DNA from: an uncultured bacterium
GTDB taxonomy: Bacteria; Bacillota_I; Bacilli_A; RFN20; CAG-826
DNA: 64,000 nt
Reading direction: 5' to 3'
Assembly (NCBI GenBank): GCA_949284685.1
Contig: CASDWE010000001.1
Location: forward strand, 17,216-81,215
The notes under the pieces were generated by a model. It worked only from the letters and a program-made list of their open reading frames with translations, was not told where the DNA came from and ran no database searches. How positions within the stretch are numbered: position 1 is the stretch's first letter; each line of letters opens with the position of its first letter. Positions 19,900 through 29,513 of this stretch are shown here, in pieces. Made by a program: the position numbers and the translations under genes.

Positions 19900-22260
19900 C
19901 TAAGCACCTGAATATTCGCCTTTTTTAATTGGATGTTTTTTATTGTAGAAATAAACAGCGACAATAAATATTGCAATAACGGCAAGATAAATAAATAGTG
20001 TCCACCACCAAGTACCAACTAAATAGAAGGCACTACTAATTATAAATGAAGTTACAAGCCAGAATATAATTGTATATCTTAATGTTCCTTTTTTAAGTTC
20101 TGCCTTTGCAGTTGCTACCGCCGCAAAACATGGAATAGTTGTCATATTAAAGACAATAAATGCTAATATTCCAGGAATATTAATATTTGTTGCCAAAACC
20201 ATCATAGCAACATCGCTTGCTCCTTCGATAGTTTCTAATGTTCCTGGTAGTGTTGATGGATCAATACTAATAGAAACAACTGCACCTAGCATTGCAAATG
20301 TAGCAATAACGTTTTCTTTTGCAATTAAACCAGTAATTGCACCAACTGCAAATACCCAGCCAAAATTACCTAATTGCGAACCAAATCCTAATGGTGTAAA
20401 TAGCGGCTGAATAATTTTTCCAATTTGAGCTAATATTGAATCATCTGTTGTTAAGTTAGTTAGAAAGCCTTCCCCTTCAACATATTCAATGTATTGCCAT
20501 GATGGAGTAAATGATTGCAAAAACCAAATTATTAAGTTGGAAATTAAAATAATTGTGAAGGCTTTTTTAATAAAGTGTTTCGCTTTGTCCCATAAATGCA
20601 TCATTAAAGATTTAAATTGAGGCCAGTGATAAGCAGGTAATTCCATAATAAAAGGCGGAGTTTCACCTCTAAGGGTTGTATTTCTCATGACTAACAAAGC
20701 AATAATTGCCACTATTATGCCGGTAAAATACATGCCAAGTGTAATTAAATCAGCATTACTAACACCAAACATGCTGACAATAGCACCAGCACACGCTGTT
20801 AAAATTGGTAATTTAGCACTACAGGAGAAAAATGGAATGACCCTAATAGTGGCAATTCTTTCTTTTTCATTTGCTAACGTACGTGTATTAGTCATTGCAG
20901 GAATCGAACAACCAAATCCCATAATCATTGGCATAAACGCACGTCCAGAAACACCAAATCTTCTAAAAATACGATCTAAAATAAAGGCAACACGTGCCAT
21001 ATATCCTGAATCTTCTAGGAAAGAGAAGAACAAGAATAGTAATAAAATTTGTGGTAAGAAACTTAAAACGGAGAAAATGCCTGCAAGTATTCCATCACAT
21101 ATAAATGCAGTAGCCCAGTTAGAAGCACCCGCTAAAGTAAGACCATCACCAATTAATCCAGTAATCCAATCAGTAAATCCCACTAAAACAGTTTGTAAAA
21201 ATACACCAGGCGATTGAATACCGCCACTAGAAAACAATATTCCTTCAAAAGTTGTTCCGCTTGCTAAAGCAAAATCCTCAGGGACGCCATTAAAAGCACC
21301 CATTGCTGACAAATAAAATAAGTCTTCACCAAAAGTTAAATGGAAAACAAAAAACAAAATAACAACGAAAATTAATATACCAAATACACGGTTTGTTAAA
21401 ACCTTATCGATTTTATCAGAAATAGATACTTTTTCTTTTTCAACAAGATTACCTTTTTTATCTTTTACTTTGATTAATCTTGATGATTTGGTTAATTTTG
21501 ATGAAAAATGTTTTTGAATATATTTATAACGATAATCAGCAACTATTGCCTCTAAATCATTACTAAAAAGCGGATCATTTACCTTTTCTTTTTCTTTTAA
21601 GACATATTCATATTCTTTCGGATGCATGTTTTTTTCTATTTCATCATTTTCCACTAATTTGACCGCATGGAACAAACTTGAAAATAAACCATTTTCATCT
21701 AATTGTTTTTTAACATTATCTATAATGCTATAAATTTTGCATCCTTTTAATATTGATGTTCCTAATCTTTTTTCTTTGCTAGTGGTAATAACTTCATTCA
21801 TTAAAGAATTTAGATTTTCTTCCTTTAATGCAGAAATAGCTACAACAGGTACGCCTATTTCTTTTCTTAAACCATCAATATCGATTTTATCTTCGTTTTT
21901 AGATAAGACGTCAATCATATTTAGGGCCACAACTACAGGAACATCCATCTCTAATAATTGACTTGTTAAATATAAGTTTCTTTCTAAGTTTGTGGCATCA
22001 ACAATATTAATAATACAATCAGGTTTTTCATCTATTATAAAATTTCTTGCAATAACTTCTTCGGGAGTATAAGGAGATAAAGAATAAATACCAGGCAAGT
22101 CAATAATATTAACTTCTTCTTTTCCTTTTTTATATACGCCTTCTTTTTTATCAACTGTAACACCAGGCCAGTTACCAACACGTGCTGTTGAACCAGTTAA
22201 AGAATTAAATAAAGTAGTTTTACCAGAGTTTGGGTTACCCGCTAACGCGACACGAATCAT
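19900..22260 (-). CDS. feoB: Ferrous iron transporter B
   Basis: 786 aa. The N-terminal G-domain has GNPNSGKTT (G1) and DLPG (G3), followed by a polytopic permease domain. Confidence 0.9.
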   Translation of the reverse strand: MIRVALAGNPNSGKTTLFNSLTGSTARVGNWPGVTVDKKEGVYKKGKEEVNIIDLPGIYSLSPYTPEEVIARNFIIDEKPDCIINIVDATNLERNLYLTSQLLEMDVPVVVALNMIDVLSKNEDKIDIDGLRKEIGVPVVAISALKEENLNSLMNEVITTSKEKRLGTSILKGCKIYSIIDNVKKQLDENGLFSSLFHAVKLVENDEIEKNMHPKEYEYVLKEKEKVNDPLFSNDLEAIVADYRYKYIQKHFSSKLTKSSRLIKVKDKKGNLVEKEKVSISDKIDKVLTNRVFGILIFVVILFFVFHLTFGEDLFYLSAMGAFNGVPEDFALASGTTFEGILFSSGGIQSPGVFLQTVLVGFTDWITGLIGDGLTLAGASNWATAFICDGILAGIFSVLSFLPQILLLFLFFSFLEDSGYMARVAFILDRIFRRFGVSGRAFMPMIMGFGCSIPAMTNTRTLANEKERIATIRVIPFFSCSAKLPILTACAGAIVSMFGVSNADLITLGMYFTGIIVAIIALLVMRNTTLRGETPPFIMELPAYHWPQFKSLMMHLWDKAKHFIKKAFTIILISNLIIWFLQSFTPSWQYIEYVEGEGFLTNLTTDDSILAQIGKIIQPLFTPLGFGSQLGNFGWVFAVGAITGLIAKENVIATFAMLGAVVSISIDPSTLPGTLETIEGASDVAMMVLATNINIPGILAFIVFNMTTIPCFAAVATAKAELKKGTLRYTIIFWLVTSFIISSAFYLVGTWWWTLFIYLAVIAIFIVAVYFYNKKHPIKKGEYSGA

Positions 22261-22496
22261 AATTCATCCTCCGTTTCTAAAATGATATTTTGTGCCTCAC
22301 TTTTTCTTAAAGATAATTCATAATTCCTAATCGTAATCTCAAGTGGGTCACCTAATGGTGCTTTTTTTACTAATACGACACTTGCACCAGGAGTAACGCC
22401 CATATCAAAAAGACGTTTTCTTACTATACCTTCTCCTTTAACTGCAACTATCATACCTTTTTGCTTGATTTTAAATTTGTCTAAACTAATTTGCAT
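22257..22496 (-). CDS. feoA: FeoA-family protein
   Basis: 79 aa SH3-like FeoA. Its stop overlaps the feoB start (ATGA-type coupling). Confidence 0.8.
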   Translation of the reverse strand: MQISLDKFKIKQKGMIVAVKGEGIVRKRLFDMGVTPGASVVLVKKAPLGDPLEITIRNYELSLRKSEAQNIILETEDEL

Positions 22497-22508
22497 ATGT
22501 CCTCCTAA

Positions 22509-22721
22509 CTAGCAAACAAATATACTGCTTGCAATATTTCTATCTAAAGCAAGTCGCCCATCTTTTAAGGCAATGATGACATTCCCATTATCAGAACTTA
22601 ATACTGTAATTATGGAATTTATTAAGATGCCCAAACTTTCCAAATGTTTTTTTACTTTTGGATCGCTTGATACCCTAATAACACGTAATTCTTTATTTAA
22701 AGGTGCGATTGAAATTGGCAT
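22509..22721 (-). CDS. feoA: FeoA-family protein (second copy)
   Basis: 70-aa FeoA-like protein. A GGGGGA RBS sits immediately upstream of ATG 22721. Confidence 0.75.
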   Translation of the reverse strand: MPISIAPLNKELRVIRVSSDPKVKKHLESLGILINSIITVLSSDNGNVIIALKDGRLALDRNIASSIFVC

Positions 22722-22730
22722 ATATCCCCC

Positions 22731-22810
22731 TTAGTTAGTTATATCTAACTATTGATATATTACACCATAAAAAGCAAATGTAAAGAAAAAAGTTAGTTTT
22801 AACTAACTAA
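22731..22810. promoter_or_regulatory. feo promoter region containing two copies of an AGTTAG-N6-CTAACT inverted repeat, which are candidate metalloregulator operators
   Basis: Copy 1 is TTAGTTAGTTATATCTAACTA at 22731-22751. Copy 2 is AGTTAGTTTTAACTAACTAA at 22791-22810. Both are 6-6-6 inverted repeats, and copy 1 abuts the RBS. Confidence 0.45.
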
Positions 22811-22875
22811 TTTACTATAAACCCAAAAAATTATAAAAATATTCAAGTTTTGCACATAATTTTAAAATAAAATGC

Positions 22876-22900
22876 ATAAAAAAAGAGTGAATTCACTCTT
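22876..22900 (-). terminator. Rho-independent terminator of xylB
   Basis: The perfect 18-bp palindrome AAGAGTGAATTCACTCTT at 22883-22900 is followed on the minus strand by TTTTTTT. Confidence 0.65.
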
Positions 22901-22975
22901 ATAATAGAATCTCGAAGAGCGAAAACAATATTTAAAGATGCATAAAACAAGGAGGTTTTGCTCTTCTTTTAATTT

Positions 22976-24424
22976 TTAAATTTTATTACGGCAATATAAA
23001 TCTAAATATTTTTTAAATTTTAATTCATATTTTGTGTGGCGCTCTTTATTAGGATAAAATACTTCTTTATCTTTGATTAAGGATGAACCAGCTTCTTCAA
23101 CATTTTTATAAAGACCATCACCCACCATTGCACATATAATGGCACCCAAAGCACCACCATCGCTAGAATTGATAGTTTTAATTTCAATTCCAAATATATC
23201 AGCGAGAATTTGAAGTGTTTTTTTAGATTTTGTTCCACCACCTATTACGCGTGCACAATTCGCTGTTATACCATCTTCAATCATAACTTGATAATTATGA
23301 TATAAACTAAAACATATACCTTCGATAATTGCTTTTAATACATCAAGACGAGTGTGTGATAATTTGATATTAGATAAGTAACCTGATGCACTCGGATCAT
23401 TAATAGGAGATCTTTCCCCCATTAAATAAGGAAGAAATAAAATATCACTAATATTATCATCTAATTGATCGATTAAAGAATAATCATTAGTTTTTAATAT
23501 ATCTTCCATGTACCATTTTAACGAACCCATCGCACATAAAGTACAACCCATCAGATGGAATTTGCCAGTTGTATGTCTAAAACAATGAACTCGACCAAGT
23601 TTATCATAACGATATTCATTGACGGGAGCAAAAACAACTCCAGAAGTACCTAAAGATAAAGAAATTTCGCCTTCTTTTAAAGTATTTGTTCCAGTTGCAC
23701 CAATGGCTTGATCTCCACCACCAATTACAATCTTACAATTTTTAGAAAGATGAGTTATTTCTTCTAAATCATTTTTTAATGTTCCAATAACATCATAAGA
23801 ATTAAAGATTTTTGGTAACATATTACGATTAATATGTAATATATCAAGCATGAAATCGCTATAATCATTTTTCTTGACGTCAAAATATAAAGTGCCACTT
23901 AAATCAGATACATCGCTTGCAAATACACCACTTAACTTATAAGCTAAATAGTCTTTTGGTAACATTATTTTAGCAATTTTATCAAAATTAGATCTTTCAT
24001 TTTCATAAAGCCATAAAACTTTTGGGGCAGTAAAACCACAAAGTGCAATATTTGAAGTATGTTGAATCAATTTATCTTTTCCGATGACATTATTTAAATA
24101 ATCAACTTGTGTGGTAGTTCTTGAATCGTTCCATAAAATTGCATTTCTTATCACATTATCATCTTTATCTAATGTGACCATTCCATGCATTTGACCGCTG
24201 AAAGAAAGACTTCTTACTAATTTTAAATCATGCTTTTCATTTAATTTATCAAAGCAAGATAACATTGCCTTATACCATAGATTAGGATCTTGTTCCGACC
24301 AATTTTCTTTTGGAAGATATAATGGATAATCTTTTGATGCGCTATCTAAAATATTTCCTTTATCATCCGCTAAAGATAATTTGATGGAAGAAGTTCCTAA
24401 ATCTATGCCAAGGTAATAACTCAT
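22976..24424 (-). CDS. xylB: Xylulokinase (FGGY carbohydrate kinase)
   Basis: 482-aa FGGY kinase (LGIDLGTSS...) located immediately downstream of xylA. Confidence 0.75.
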   Translation of the reverse strand: MSYYLGIDLGTSSIKLSLADDKGNILDSASKDYPLYLPKENWSEQDPNLWYKAMLSCFDKLNEKHDLKLVRSLSFSGQMHGMVTLDKDDNVIRNAILWNDSRTTTQVDYLNNVIGKDKLIQHTSNIALCGFTAPKVLWLYENERSNFDKIAKIMLPKDYLAYKLSGVFASDVSDLSGTLYFDVKKNDYSDFMLDILHINRNMLPKIFNSYDVIGTLKNDLEEITHLSKNCKIVIGGGDQAIGATGTNTLKEGEISLSLGTSGVVFAPVNEYRYDKLGRVHCFRHTTGKFHLMGCTLCAMGSLKWYMEDILKTNDYSLIDQLDDNISDILFLPYLMGERSPINDPSASGYLSNIKLSHTRLDVLKAIIEGICFSLYHNYQVMIEDGITANCARVIGGGTKSKKTLQILADIFGIEIKTINSSDGGALGAIICAMVGDGLYKNVEEAGSSLIKDKEVFYPNKERHTKYELKFKKYLDLYCRNKI

Positions 24425-24442
24425 AATTTTTTCCTAAAAATA

Positions 24443-25762
24443 TTATTTTTCAAACATCACGTTATTAATAATGGATTCAAGATATTCTTGTCTTCCACTA
24501 TCAACTGTAACTTTATTTGGATTATTTAATGCATAATCTGCTAATTCTTCAAGATTAGTTTTGTTTTCTTTAATCTTTAAGCCGATACCATGATTATAGG
24601 AATCGTAACGGTCTTTAACAAATTCATCAATACGACCATCATCAATTAGTTTATATGCTAATCTTAATCCTAAAGCAAATGTATCCATACCAGCAATATA
24701 TGCTAATAAAATATCTTCAAATGTATTGGATTGTCTTCTTGTCTTTGCATCAAAATTAAGACCGCCATTAACAAATCCGCCAGCTTTAATGACTTCATAC
24801 ATACAATAAACTGTATCATAAATATTAGTTGGGAATTGATCGGTATCCCAGCCTAACATTGGATCACCTTGGTTAGCATCGATGCTTGAAAAAACACCGT
24901 TAACACGTGCAGTTCTTAGTTCGTGTTCAAAAGTATGTCCAGCCAAAGTAGCGTGGTTTGCTTCAATGTTAACTTTAAAATCACCTAATAAATTATATGT
25001 TCTTAAGAAATTACAACATGTTGCAACGTCAAAATCATATTGATGTTTGGTAGGTTCTTTTGGTTTTGGTTCAAGTAAGAAATCGCCTTTAAAACCTTTG
25101 CTTCTCGCGTAATCGCGTGCCATAGTAAAGAATTTTGCGATATTATCTAATTCTAAACCCATATCGGTATTTAATAAGGTGTCATAACCTTCTCTACCAC
25201 CCCAGAAAACGTAAGCGGTTCCACCTAATCTAATGTTTGCATCCATCGTAGCTTTAACTTTTAAAGCACTAAGAGCAAATACATCAGCGTTTGGTGAGGT
25301 TGCCGCACCTGCCATAAAGGCTTTGTCACCAAAATTATTTGAAGTAGCCCATAATAATTTTTTATTATGTTTCTTTTGAAGCGCTTCTAAATAATCAACA
25401 ATTTCGTTAAAGCTTTTTAATGATTTTTTCAAATCGTTTGGATCATAAGGATAAACATCAACATCGTGGAAACAATAATAATCGATTGATAATTTGTCCA
25501 TTAAATCGAAAGCAAAATCCGCTTTTGCCTTATAACGTTTCATCAAATCAGCTTCATTAAAATTCTTATCCTCGGTATCACCGCCAAACATATCAGTACC
25601 GCTGTAGTTGATAGTGTGCCAATAAGAAAGTGCAAATTTAAGATGCTCTCTCATCTTTTTTCCATGAATCACTTCATCAGGATTATAATATTTAAACGCA
25701 AATGGCTCCTTACTATTTGGTCCTAAATATTCTACCTTTTTAATTTCTTCATAACGTTTCAT
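24443..25762 (-). CDS. xylA: Xylose isomerase
   Basis: 439-aa class-II xylose isomerase with FHDVD and WGGREG motifs. Confidence 0.9.
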   Translation of the reverse strand: MKRYEEIKKVEYLGPNSKEPFAFKYYNPDEVIHGKKMREHLKFALSYWHTINYSGTDMFGGDTEDKNFNEADLMKRYKAKADFAFDLMDKLSIDYYCFHDVDVYPYDPNDLKKSLKSFNEIVDYLEALQKKHNKKLLWATSNNFGDKAFMAGAATSPNADVFALSALKVKATMDANIRLGGTAYVFWGGREGYDTLLNTDMGLELDNIAKFFTMARDYARSKGFKGDFLLEPKPKEPTKHQYDFDVATCCNFLRTYNLLGDFKVNIEANHATLAGHTFEHELRTARVNGVFSSIDANQGDPMLGWDTDQFPTNIYDTVYCMYEVIKAGGFVNGGLNFDAKTRRQSNTFEDILLAYIAGMDTFALGLRLAYKLIDDGRIDEFVKDRYDSYNHGIGLKIKENKTNLEELADYALNNPNKVTVDSGRQEYLESIINNVMFEK

Positions 25763-25888
25763 AATTTCAGTCTCTCCTTTTCTTTTTTAAGAATATTAAA
25801 ACGTCAAATTTAATAATAATTTTAAACAAGTATGATATGAACAAGTCTGATAAATTCAACAAATTTATCTAAATGAAGAATTTTAAAA

Positions 25889-27913
25889 TTATTTTCTGTT
25901 CTTAATAATTTTTTCAAGACGAGCAGATAATTCTTTTTCTAGTTCTTGATATTTGGCATCCTTTTCAGCTAAAAGAGCTTCTTTTTCTGCTTTGCGTGCA
26001 GCTTTATCGTTTTCTTTTTGTTGTTTTAAAGCTTGTTTAGCATTTTCTTTTTCTTGTAGTGCCTGTTGTAAAGATTCATATTTATCATGATTTGTTTTAT
26101 CATCTGCAAGTGCGTTTTCAAGTTTTGCAGTATATTTTTGTTCAAGTGAAGATAATTTTGCTTCAAAAGAAGTATTTTCTTTTTCAATTTGAGAATTAAT
26201 TTTTGCTTGATAAGCATTGTATTTACTTAATAATTGATCATGCTCGGTATTAATTTTTTCCTTTTCAGCATCACTAGCATATCCTAAAGTAAATTCGCGT
26301 AAATGTTCAATCTGTTTAGGATCCATACCGATTCTTGCTTTTGCATGTAAAATTTCATTATTAGTTTGATTTATAAATTTAACTTGCTCTAAAACTAATT
26401 TTTTCTCTAATTTAGTATATTCACCTTTCCAAGGTGCAGTTTCTTGTTTTTTATTTTTTAAAACATAAATATCGTATTGTTTTTGATTTAAAATTTCATG
26501 TTTTTTCTTAGCAATAGTAGAATTAATTCTTTCTTTTTCATCATGAACAATAGCGGTTATTCTAGCTTTTTCAATTAAAACATCATATTTATCTTTTAAT
26601 GCTTTTAATTTAGTTTCTTTTTCATCAAGCAAAGAATTAATCGAGGAAACGATTTCTTCTTCACTTAATTTTGTTGAATGATTAATTTTGTTAATCTTAC
26701 CTGTATAAAGTTTTTCAAGATTTTCAACTTTTGTTTTATATTCAGATTCTAATAACAAATCTTTATTAGGAACATAAATAAGATTTAATTTTTGTAAGTA
26801 ACGAACGAAATCTTCTTTGGAAAATTTAACGACTTGTAAAGCGATTGCAATAATTAAAATTGCACCTTTAATTGTATCGTTTAAGTTTGGATTTAAGTGT
26901 AAGGCAGCAATAATTCTATCGATAGTTTGGAATGCAGCCGTACCAAAAATAACACCAAGGATGCTACCACGACCACCGCTCATAGCAATACCACCTAAAA
27001 CAACTGAGGCAATGGCATATAATTCATAAGAAGTACCAGTTGCGGCAGCGTCAATATTACCTCTCATTGCTATTTGTAATAAACTTGATATTCCAACTAA
27101 TCCACCAGCAATTGAGAAAACAGCAACTTTAATCCAGCTAGATTTAATGCCAACTAAGCCAGCCGCTTTTGCATTACTACCAACAGCGTAAATTTTACGA
27201 CCAAATTTTGTATATTTAGTCATTAACCAAACCAATATACCAATAATTATAAAGATAATGGTAACCATGGAAATTTGTAAAACTTGTGTAAAATATAAGT
27301 TATACAACCAGTTTCCGGTTGTTGATGTATATCCGGTTAAACGGAAAGTAGAAATATTTTGACCAGTAACAGGATCAACTTGGATTGACAAAATATATTG
27401 AATAATACTTCTAAATATTAACATTGTGGCCAAAGTCACAATAAATGATGGCATTTTTAATAAACCAATGAAAAAACCGTTTATAAAACCACAAACAACA
27501 CCAACACCCAAACATGCAATTAAACAGACAAGGAATGCAAGCCCATTATCGCCTGTCGATGAATAAACTGCGTTGTGGGCCAAAATACCAATACCGCCAG
27601 CAAAGGCAAACATGCTTCCAACAGATAAATCAATATCTCCGAGCAATATAATAAGACCCATGCCGATAGCAATAACACCAATTGTAACTGATGAAAGCCA
27701 AATATTAGTAAACAAGTTCCAATTGAAAGTGTTAATTGCTGAAAAAAAGTAAATTAACAAAACTGCAAGGAAAATGTAAATAAAGTTTGCCTTAGACCAA
27801 CTGCGTTTAAAAAAGTTTCCAAGGCCCCTTCCAAACTCCTTACCAGTGATTTTTCTTTTAAAACTGTCGCCATTTTTAAAATAAGTGTCTTGACGAATAA
27901 ATGGATTAGACAT
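25889..27913 (-). CDS. Monosaccharide ABC transporter permease (XylH/RbsC type) fused to a ~300-aa Lys/Glu-rich coiled-coil C-terminal tail
   Basis: Residues ~40-370 form a polytopic BPD_transp_2-like permease. Residues ~375-674 are low-complexity, heptad-like and strongly charged (KLENALADDKTNHDKYESLQQALQEKENAKQALKQQKENDKAARKAEKEALLAEKDAKYQELEKELSARLEKIIK). The gene overlaps the ATPase gene by 8 nt. Confidence 0.75.
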   Translation of the reverse strand: MSNPFIRQDTYFKNGDSFKRKITGKEFGRGLGNFFKRSWSKANFIYIFLAVLLIYFFSAINTFNWNLFTNIWLSSVTIGVIAIGMGLIILLGDIDLSVGSMFAFAGGIGILAHNAVYSSTGDNGLAFLVCLIACLGVGVVCGFINGFFIGLLKMPSFIVTLATMLIFRSIIQYILSIQVDPVTGQNISTFRLTGYTSTTGNWLYNLYFTQVLQISMVTIIFIIIGILVWLMTKYTKFGRKIYAVGSNAKAAGLVGIKSSWIKVAVFSIAGGLVGISSLLQIAMRGNIDAAATGTSYELYAIASVVLGGIAMSGGRGSILGVIFGTAAFQTIDRIIAALHLNPNLNDTIKGAILIIAIALQVVKFSKEDFVRYLQKLNLIYVPNKDLLLESEYKTKVENLEKLYTGKINKINHSTKLSEEEIVSSINSLLDEKETKLKALKDKYDVLIEKARITAIVHDEKERINSTIAKKKHEILNQKQYDIYVLKNKKQETAPWKGEYTKLEKKLVLEQVKFINQTNNEILHAKARIGMDPKQIEHLREFTLGYASDAEKEKINTEHDQLLSKYNAYQAKINSQIEKENTSFEAKLSSLEQKYTAKLENALADDKTNHDKYESLQQALQEKENAKQALKQQKENDKAARKAEKEALLAEKDAKYQELEKELSARLEKIIKNRK

Positions 27914-29405
27914 TTGCTTCTACCTCCGTTTTATTTGCATTTGTCGCATATAACATGACTTTTTCTTCAGTAATTTCGTCATGTTTTAAAATCTTTTCAA
28001 TCGTGCCATGATAGAAAACACAACATCTATCAGCACATTTCATAATTTCAGGAACTTCCAAGGTATTAAAAATAATTGTTTTACCTTGATTAGCAAGTTC
28101 CAATAATAATTTATAAATTTCTGCTTTTGCACCAACGTCGATACCTTGAGTGGGATTATCTAATAATAAAATATCAGCGTTTGTTTTAAGCCATCTTCCA
28201 ATAATAACTTTTTGTTGATTTCCACCTGAAAGAGAAACGAGTAAATCATTGCATGATAAAGCTTTAATATTTAGTTGTTTTTTATATATTTGATATAATT
28301 TAGTTTCTTTTCCTGGTGAAAAGAATGGATTTTTTTCCACATTATTTGAAGCCACAGAAGTATTATCTAAAATACTTAGCGACTCAAAAACAGAATTTTC
28401 TTTTCTATTTGATGGAACCATACCGACTTTGTGACGCATAACATTTTTGATAGAATCATTTGTTATAGTTTTGCCTAAAGCAATAACATCACCACCATTA
28501 GAATGGTTAACACCAAACATTGTCTGCATTAGTTCAGATGATCCAGCACCTTGCAAACCAGTGAAACCAACAATTTCACCACGGCGAATTTTTAAGTTAA
28601 TATCATGAAACCCGGGACCATTATAATGAGCAAATTCTAACACAACATCACCAAGTTTTCTAGGTTTATAAAAATCAACATTTTCATATCCGGGACCAAC
28701 AATGTCCTTAGTGACTTGTTCTGGGGTGGTGTCAGATATTTTTCCACTTGAAATATAATATCCATTTCTTAAAACAGTATATTCATCACATAATTTAAAA
28801 ATTTCCGGCATTTTATGTGAAATAAAAATAAATGTTTTACCTTGTTTTTTTAAGTTATTAATAATATTAAAGAAGTGATTGATTTCTTCATTTGATAATG
28901 CGGTTGTTGGTTCATCAAGAATAAAAAGATCAGCATTAGCAAATAAGGCTTTAGAAATTTCAAGTAATTGTTTTTTACCTGTTGATAAGTTTGCCACCAA
29001 TTCATTAGCGTCAATATCAACGCCCAATTGTTTAAACAAATTATTTGACATTTCTATCATTTTTTTGGCATTAATACAGCCAAATTTTGTTATTTCCTTA
29101 TTGATAAAGATATTTTCATAAACCTTCAAATCGTTAAAAAGGTTTATCTCTTGGTGGACAAATGCAACGCCTAATTTTTCAGAAGCGTTAACATTTAATG
29201 TTCCAGTTTCTTTTCCATCAATTTTAATAACACCAGAATCAGGTTGATGGACACCACCTAATACATTCATCAATGTTGATTTACCAGCACCATTTTCACC
29301 AATTAAAGCGTGAACCGTGCCTTTTTTTACTTTTAAGGAAACATTATGTAAAACTTGAACACCGAAGAAAGATTTATTAATTTTAATCATTTCAAGTTTA
29401 ATCAT
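27906..29405 (-). CDS. Sugar ABC transporter ATP-binding protein with two nucleotide-binding domains (XylG/RbsA type)
   Basis: 499 aa. The first NBD has Walker A GENGAGKST and signature LSTGKKQLLEISKA. The second NBD is partly degenerate (GLQGAGSSE; LSGGNQQKVIIGR). Confidence 0.85.
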   Translation of the reverse strand: MIKLEMIKINKSFFGVQVLHNVSLKVKKGTVHALIGENGAGKSTLMNVLGGVHQPDSGVIKIDGKETGTLNVNASEKLGVAFVHQEINLFNDLKVYENIFINKEITKFGCINAKKMIEMSNNLFKQLGVDIDANELVANLSTGKKQLLEISKALFANADLFILDEPTTALSNEEINHFFNIINNLKKQGKTFIFISHKMPEIFKLCDEYTVLRNGYYISSGKISDTTPEQVTKDIVGPGYENVDFYKPRKLGDVVLEFAHYNGPGFHDINLKIRRGEIVGFTGLQGAGSSELMQTMFGVNHSNGGDVIALGKTITNDSIKNVMRHKVGMVPSNRKENSVFESLSILDNTSVASNNVEKNPFFSPGKETKLYQIYKKQLNIKALSCNDLLVSLSGGNQQKVIIGRWLKTNADILLLDNPTQGIDVGAKAEIYKLLLELANQGKTIIFNTLEVPEIMKCADRCCVFYHGTIEKILKHDEITEEKVMLYATNANKTEVEANV

Positions 29406-29430
29406 ATTTTTTCTCCTTTCTTACATGTTA

Positions 29431-29467
29431 ATTGGAGGTCACATTGTAGCGAGATATGACCTCCAAT
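29431..29467 (-). other. Intercistronic stem-loop between the substrate-binding-protein and ATPase genes
   Basis: ATTGGAGGTCA-15 nt-TGACCTCCAAT forms an 11-bp perfect stem. No U-tract follows on the transcribed (minus) strand. Confidence 0.5.
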
Positions 29468-29513
29468 AATATTGTTAGTTAACTAAATTTTAATAAGTGA
29501 ACAAATTACTTAA

